Source of the DNA: Marsupella aquatica
Lineage: Eukaryota; Plantae; Marchantiophyta
Length of the DNA stretch: 64,000 nucleotides
Reading direction: 5' to 3'
NCBI GenBank assembly: GCA_973895155.1
Contig: OZ316893.1
Span: forward strand, 9,549,839-9,613,838
Shown: positions 58,734-64,000 of the stretch, one piece after another
Position numbering within the stretch: the first letter of the stretch is position 1
Layout: each line of letters begins with the position of its first letter
The notes under the pieces: generated by a model
Seen by the model: the letters and a program-made list of their open reading frames with translations, nothing else
The model's database searches: none
Told to the model about the DNA's origin: nothing
Program-made: the position numbers and the translations under genes

Positions 58734-60634
58734 TAGTTTTGAAAATCCTTGGGGTGGCTCTTCTCGTGTCTTCCTCTTTCCTCCAGTCTTTCTCTTTCCT
58801 TTTGAGAGCAATAACATGACCACCATAGCTATGCTTGATCAAAGGATCTTGGTGAAGGTCAGGAGGAGCTCGAACACACAAGGGGAGATGTGATGAGAAC
58901 TTGAAGTAGGGCCGCCTGGGAGCGCCTTCTTCTTGCGCAGAGTGGATTCATAGCAAGGTGAGGTATGTTGAAATTGGATGTCAAAGTTGGGCGTTGGAAT
59001 TGGGCTTCAAAGTCAGGCTGCATAGACAGTAAGTACTTAGGAAGTTCACATATATCTCTATTTTGGCATGGTTTGGTTTCCCTATATTCTCACTAAATAT
59101 TTAGCCTTCTTGCAGCCCTGCATTTTATGTGAGACACCCGGTGAGACCTAGCACATAGATCTAGTTAACATAAGGAAGTTCGATTTCCCTAGTAGATTCT
59201 CACCAAATATTCAACCTCTTTGCAGCCCTGTGTTTTTTGTGAGACCTCGGACCTAGATCTAGTTGAGATCTGCATTTTGAGCTACTAGCCTGACTACCCT
59301 TTCCTTGAACGAGTAAATAGTATTGAAAACAAAAAAATGGAAAAAAAAATTCTATACTCTTTTCCATTATCTTTGCATACCTATTTATTTGTGCACCTTT
59401 TAGATTTTCAGAGTCATTATACATTTTGTCCTTATTTGAGTTAAGGTCACTCTAGACTTATGTTTGCCATTATGTAATAAGATAGATGAGGTATTTGCTT
59501 GATAGACCTCCAAAATGAAACTTATTACTTGATCAACCCCCTGAGGTCTATCAACAGTCCAGATCTGAGATCTAATGGTCCATCAACAGTCCAGATTGGC
59601 GAAAAGCATGGAGGGGGTTGATTAAGCAAACTTTTTCAAGAAGGGGGTCTACTAAGCATATCTCTCTAAGATAGATAGATAGATGGAGATTCATGGAACT
59701 AAGGGCAATCGGATGGTAGCAAAGAGGTGCTGCCCTCTTCGTCCTCACTGCTTTGCAAAGTTTGTTTGAAGATTGAGAGCTCCGGGTATCCTGGAGCCTC
59801 TTGTACTTTGAGTTGTGGATTAAATCAACTACGTACGGCAGCCATGCCGAAAATTGAAATTTAATTCATACTCCAACAGTCTGCCCGGTTGACAAGTTGT
59901 TTTGAATACCTTCAAGCTTTGCATGTTGCCATCAACAAAGTAGCGAGAGCGAGAGAGCAATAATCGTTATGTTTTTGACCTGTTGAGCTTATTCGAGACT
60001 TGAGGATTCGAGATTCGAGGCTAGGCTTAGGTACGTTTAATAGAAAGAATTGAATGCTGGAGTGGACCAGTAAGCCTAAACAACAGTCCCCTCCAGAATG
60101 GTCTTTTCCTGTGGACTAAAACCGAGTTCACCTAACCAAAAGTGCGGGTTCAGCTGCCCGCTGTGACTAGGATTTCCATCAATAATCTCTGCTGGGAATG
60201 TGCCCTCGATCAAGTCATCTAAAATGAAGAGTCGCCGGTTAACGCTATTGAATGACTGCGATTCAATCTCAGACCGAAAAAGTAAATGCCGACGGGGCAT
60301 AAAGTCTTTTCAAGAGGCCGTGACACTTATGTTGGAACTACACTGTTTACCGTAATTAGTATCATAACTTATTTAGTCTCCTTGCATAAATAGTCTCACA
60401 CACACTATTAAGGGTGTGAGGACAAAGCTCCAAAAAATATAAAAACTAAGTTCCTTATTAATCTCCTATACATTAATAAAAAATATCACTAGAGTACACT
60501 TTTTAAGACAACAGTTTTTGTTTTCATGTGAGAGTATAAAGGAATGCTTCTTTGCAAACTGATGGATGACTTTTACAAAACCAGGGTCAAACTTAGGACC
60601 AAACTATAGGCCTCACTGCTCGAGCAAACCTAAT

Positions 60635-60840
60635 ACACTCCCAACCACAACTTTGCCTAAATTTCTGCCAAACTTCTGCCCTACACTCCCCTCTACACTC
60701 CCAACCACAACTTTGCCTAAATTTCTGCCAAACTTCTGCCCTACACTCCCCTCTACACTCCCAACCACAACTTTGCCTAAATTTCTGCCAAACTTCTGCC
60801 CTACACTCCCCTCTACACTCCCAACCACAACTTTGCCTAA
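60635..60840 (+). repeat. 60-bp perfect tandem repeat, ~3.4 copies, upstream of the pogo transposase
   Basis: Lines 60661 and 60721 and 60781 are identical. Confidence 0.95.
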
Positions 60841-60891
60841 ACACAATTTCAGTGTGTTTTCTCAAGTTTTCGCATTGCGGCATTCTCCACA

Positions 60892-62568
60892 ATGGATTTC
60901 CATTCTACATCGCCTCTAATATCTGCATTTGCTCGATCTCGACTTAGAGTGAGGAACATAGGGAGGACTGGAGTTTCATCACAACCTGTAGAGCTTGTCG
61001 AAGATGTTCCAGAAAACTCATTACCTGAAGCTCTTTCTCTAGATCGATCAGTTGCACGTACAGAAGCTGTCCAGACAAAGCATAAGAGAGCACCTCAGTG
61101 CGTCGTGACCATGCAAGATTGTAAGAAGGTAGTTTTGTGGATGAGGCAAGATAGAGAGGCGAATGGCCAAGCTGGACTGTGTTCAAGGACTGTTAAGGAG
61201 TTCATAGCGTTATTTCGAGGTAGTGAGAATGCAAATCTCAAGAAGGCTGCAGATTGGTGGAAGAATCAAGCAATTTGGTTGCAAATCAACAAAGAGACAG
61301 ACATATCCATCAATGTTCGTCAAGATAGAATCATTCGAAAGATGTTGCGGAAGGCAAGAGAAGGTCGAGGCAAGAAGACAGAGGATTGGGTTACGTGGTT
61401 GTACCAGTCTACGGTGGACGAGTTCAATCGATTACGAAAGGCAGGAGTGAAATTTTCACCGAAGCTTTTGCAGCAGTTGGCAAAGCAAGTGCTTGACGAA
61501 TCAACTCATCCACAATTCTCTTCAACATTTCTGTCAGGAGGAATTCCTATCTCAGAAAAGATTACACTTCGCTGGATTCAGAGATTTATGGGGAAGTGCA
61601 ACATTGTTGGCAGGGCACAAACAGGGAAATTGATGGTGAGTGCAGAGAAGCAAGAGCACATAGATAAAGAGATCGCTTTCCATTTGGGACAACTCAAGAG
61701 AGAGTTTGAAGCAGGGACCCTGAATGAAGACCTTGTTGAAAATGTTGACGAAACTCATTTCATTGTCAACATTGACAATGGCAAGACACTGGGATTTCGT
61801 GGTGATGACAATGTCAAGTATGCAGATGTAGTTTCTGGTGGGCAAGGCATGACCATGATCGTACGTCTCACTGGAGGGTCTCGATCTATCATAGAGGTTC
61901 CTATGATTGTTTTCCAGAATGATCGTTGCTCTTATCCTATTAGGAATGTGGAGGATACAATTCTTGGTGTTGCTTACAGATCTGCAAAGAATGGTTTCGT
62001 GACGAGAGCTGTCTGGAATCAATGGTTGAATGAACCGCGCTGCCAAGTCACCAATCTTCAAGGTGGGCAAACAAGAGTGATTTTTGTCGACAATTTCAAG
62101 GGCCATGACTATACAGAAGCGTCTTTCACCACGTTGCAGAGATTGAATGCTACCATACGCAACTTACCTCCATGCTCCACTGATAAGACGCAACCTTGTG
62201 ATTCATTTGTGATCTCCAAGATCAAGGATGCGTGGACAGATGCCTGGGAGAAGCACAAGTTGAAGACGATCATGAGTGGAAATGGATTTCAAAATTCTGG
62301 TCGAAGTAGTGGGCAGAATTCTGGAGCAATGAAGAATCCTGGCAAACAATTTTTCTTAAAGCTTGCTGCAGCATCTGTACAGAAGGTCAATCAACAACGA
62401 GACAAGCACACTGGTATAACATATGCAAGGAAGGCTATGATTCGTTGTGGTCTTTCCCTTGATATCAATGGAGTGTGGCATGAACAACAATTGAATCCAG
62501 ATCTTCAAAATTTGATTCAAAAATACAGGATTCATTGGGACATGTACCTGATCAAGATACAGGATTGA
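60892..62568 (+). CDS. pogo-like DDD transposase (CENP-B-type HTH plus DDE_1)
   Basis: LRWIQRFM (HTH), NVDETH, FVDNFKGH, LPPCST..QPCD. An acidic tail continues in another frame to ~62722, suggesting a late frameshift. Confidence 0.88.
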   Translation: MDFHSTSPLISAFARSRLRVRNIGRTGVSSQPVELVEDVPENSLPEALSLDRSVARTEAVQTKHKRAPQCVVTMQDCKKVVLWMRQDREANGQAGLCSRTVKEFIALFRGSENANLKKAADWWKNQAIWLQINKETDISINVRQDRIIRKMLRKAREGRGKKTEDWVTWLYQSTVDEFNRLRKAGVKFSPKLLQQLAKQVLDESTHPQFSSTFLSGGIPISEKITLRWIQRFMGKCNIVGRAQTGKLMVSAEKQEHIDKEIAFHLGQLKREFEAGTLNEDLVENVDETHFIVNIDNGKTLGFRGDDNVKYADVVSGGQGMTMIVRLTGGSRSIIEVPMIVFQNDRCSYPIRNVEDTILGVAYRSAKNGFVTRAVWNQWLNEPRCQVTNLQGGQTRVIFVDNFKGHDYTEASFTTLQRLNATIRNLPPCSTDKTQPCDSFVISKIKDAWTDAWEKHKLKTIMSGNGFQNSGRSSGQNSGAMKNPGKQFFLKLAAASVQKVNQQRDKHTGITYARKAMIRCGLSLDINGVWHEQQLNPDLQNLIQKYRIHWDMYLIKIQD

Positions 62569-63794
62569 CATTGTTCCTGTAATTCCACCACAGATTAGCA
62601 CTACTGATTCTGATTCAGAAGAGGAACCGCCTGTGGATTCTGAGTCTGAAGGCAATGATTTCGGATCACAAGATGATGAATCTGGACATGACAATTCTGG
62701 ATTTGGAAATGGATTGGATTAGACTTAAATTACAGGAATATGAGTAGGGAGTTTAGTCAATTGTCATAGTATGAGTTTAGTCAATTGTCATAGTATGATT
62801 TTGATTGTATTCTTAACCTGATTTTAATAAATAATGTTTGATTTTATATGCCCTTGCAAATACATCTTACTGGCTGGAAAAATTCATAAGTTATACACAT
62901 TAATTGAGTATTCATCACACACTATTTGTGGGTCACCAAAAATAATCTCCCTTACTTTAATTTAGAATAACATGTATTTACTCTCACTTCTTATATAGTC
63001 TCACATACATTAATTATGGTGATATCTTTCAAAATCTTTTGTTCGTAAATACTGTGTGATACTAATTACGGTAATCAGTGTAGTTCCCTGTGTGTGATAC
63101 TAATTACGATAAACAGTGTAGTTCCCAGACTGGACAAGAAGATCAATGTCCTCGGCGGTGATTAAAGGGGCCGACGTGAATAAACCAGAATAATATTGGA
63201 GTGTTCATTGTCGTAAAGAGTCGAACACCATGGAACTGATTGGATATTCCCCACGACATACAACACAGGCATGCATATGCCTCAGATCCGGATCCTTCAG
63301 TATATACTTGACAGAACCCACGAGTCTTGTTCGTTGTCTCTGATATTTCGAGTGTCACTTCCCACGAATGATAGCATGTTGTTGGAACAAAAATTGTTCT
63401 GTAAGATAGCTTGGGGTGTGCGTTGCTGAAACTGAGCATTCTCTTCATAAAACATTATGGTATAAATCTGCCTATAAAACGACCTACGAGGCAAATGTCT
63501 CTAAGCTAGAGCACACTCCCTCGTTCATCTCGACTTGGAAGAGTCGATCTCACTCGGAACGATGCAGAGCAGCTCGTAAACAATCCCGAACTCACGGTGG
63601 GAGCTATCACTGTCTTTCTCTTCCAGAACCCCGCTGAAATTCGGAAGTACGACCTAGGAAGTATTGTGTGCCGAAAAGATCGTGCGCAAGGCTCGATCGA
63701 TCGAGGACGATCAAGAATTGAGCAGCGGGCTTTTCGATCCAAGCCCTTCTCAGGGACCTCTATCTCACAGCACAACGAGCCCGATTCGGACGCA

Positions 63795-64000
63795 ATGGGT
63801 CCGAAATCCTTCATCGCCATTGTCCTCCCGCTTGTCAGCATCATCCTGCTCTCCCCCACCGTGGAGAGCTGCGTCAACTTCCAAGCGTGGTGGCAGGCAG
63901 CAAGTGGACCGGACGGCTTCAAATTAAATGCGCAGATTTGGGACGACAGTTCAAATACGGTGTGCTGGGCGGACCAGGTTTATGTCGACTCCAACGGGCC
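63795..64000 (+). CDS. Third copy of the small secreted protein gene (partial, runs off the window)
   Basis: MGPKSFIAIVLPLVSIILLSPTVESCVNFQAWWQAASGPDGFKLNAQIWDDSSNTVCWADQVYVDSNG, open to the window end. Confidence 0.88.
   Translation, partial: MGPKSFIAIVLPLVSIILLSPTVESCVNFQAWWQAASGPDGFKLNAQIWDDSSNTVCWADQVYVDSNG

Larger units (their letters stand above)
60341..63118 (+). mobile_element. Tc1/mariner superfamily (pogo-like) DNA transposon
   Basis: TIR cactgtttaccgtaattagtatca; TA TSD; empty site gaacTAgttcccagac in the paralog near 19840; right end duplicated (63080 and 63118). Confidence 0.92.

Noticed and set aside
60566-60919. Repetitive ORFs upstream of the pogo transposase
   Set aside because: By-products of the 60-bp tandem repeat.

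Overview
Eukaryotic, intron-containing, TE-dense DNA. It most likely comes from a bryophyte or another non-seed land plant, inferred from the Bianca-type Copia element, the plant-type CACTA elements and an EDM2-like domain. The only host-like gene is a small secreted Cys/Trp-rich protein in a locally duplicated unit: intact at 20474-20890, a pseudogene near 27.2 kb, and a third copy running off the right end. The rest is nested transposons. (1) The right arm of a CACTA element, 1-3685. (2) A Gypsy element, 5500-14731, with a 4-bp TSD. Its pol carries a C5 DNA methyltransferase between protease and RT and a C-terminal PHD finger. Its LTRs are permuted (A-internal-B-A-B), as if a 2-LTR circle had been opened at an internal GACA/GC/TGTC palindrome. 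(3) A young Bianca-type Copia element, 28984-34768. (4) A large CACTA element, ~36.5-58.0 kb, with a SET-domain exon inside a transposase intron and a BRCT gene. (5) Inside it, an intact 9.7-kb P-element-like transposon, 44158-53873, with an 8-bp TSD, a ~1490-aa transposase and an EDM2-like PHD module; four related MITEs lie elsewhere in the window. (6) A pogo-like element, 60341-63118. The recurring theme is unrelated transposons carrying chromatin writer/reader cargo. All protein assignments are by-eye motif recognition; no database searches were run.
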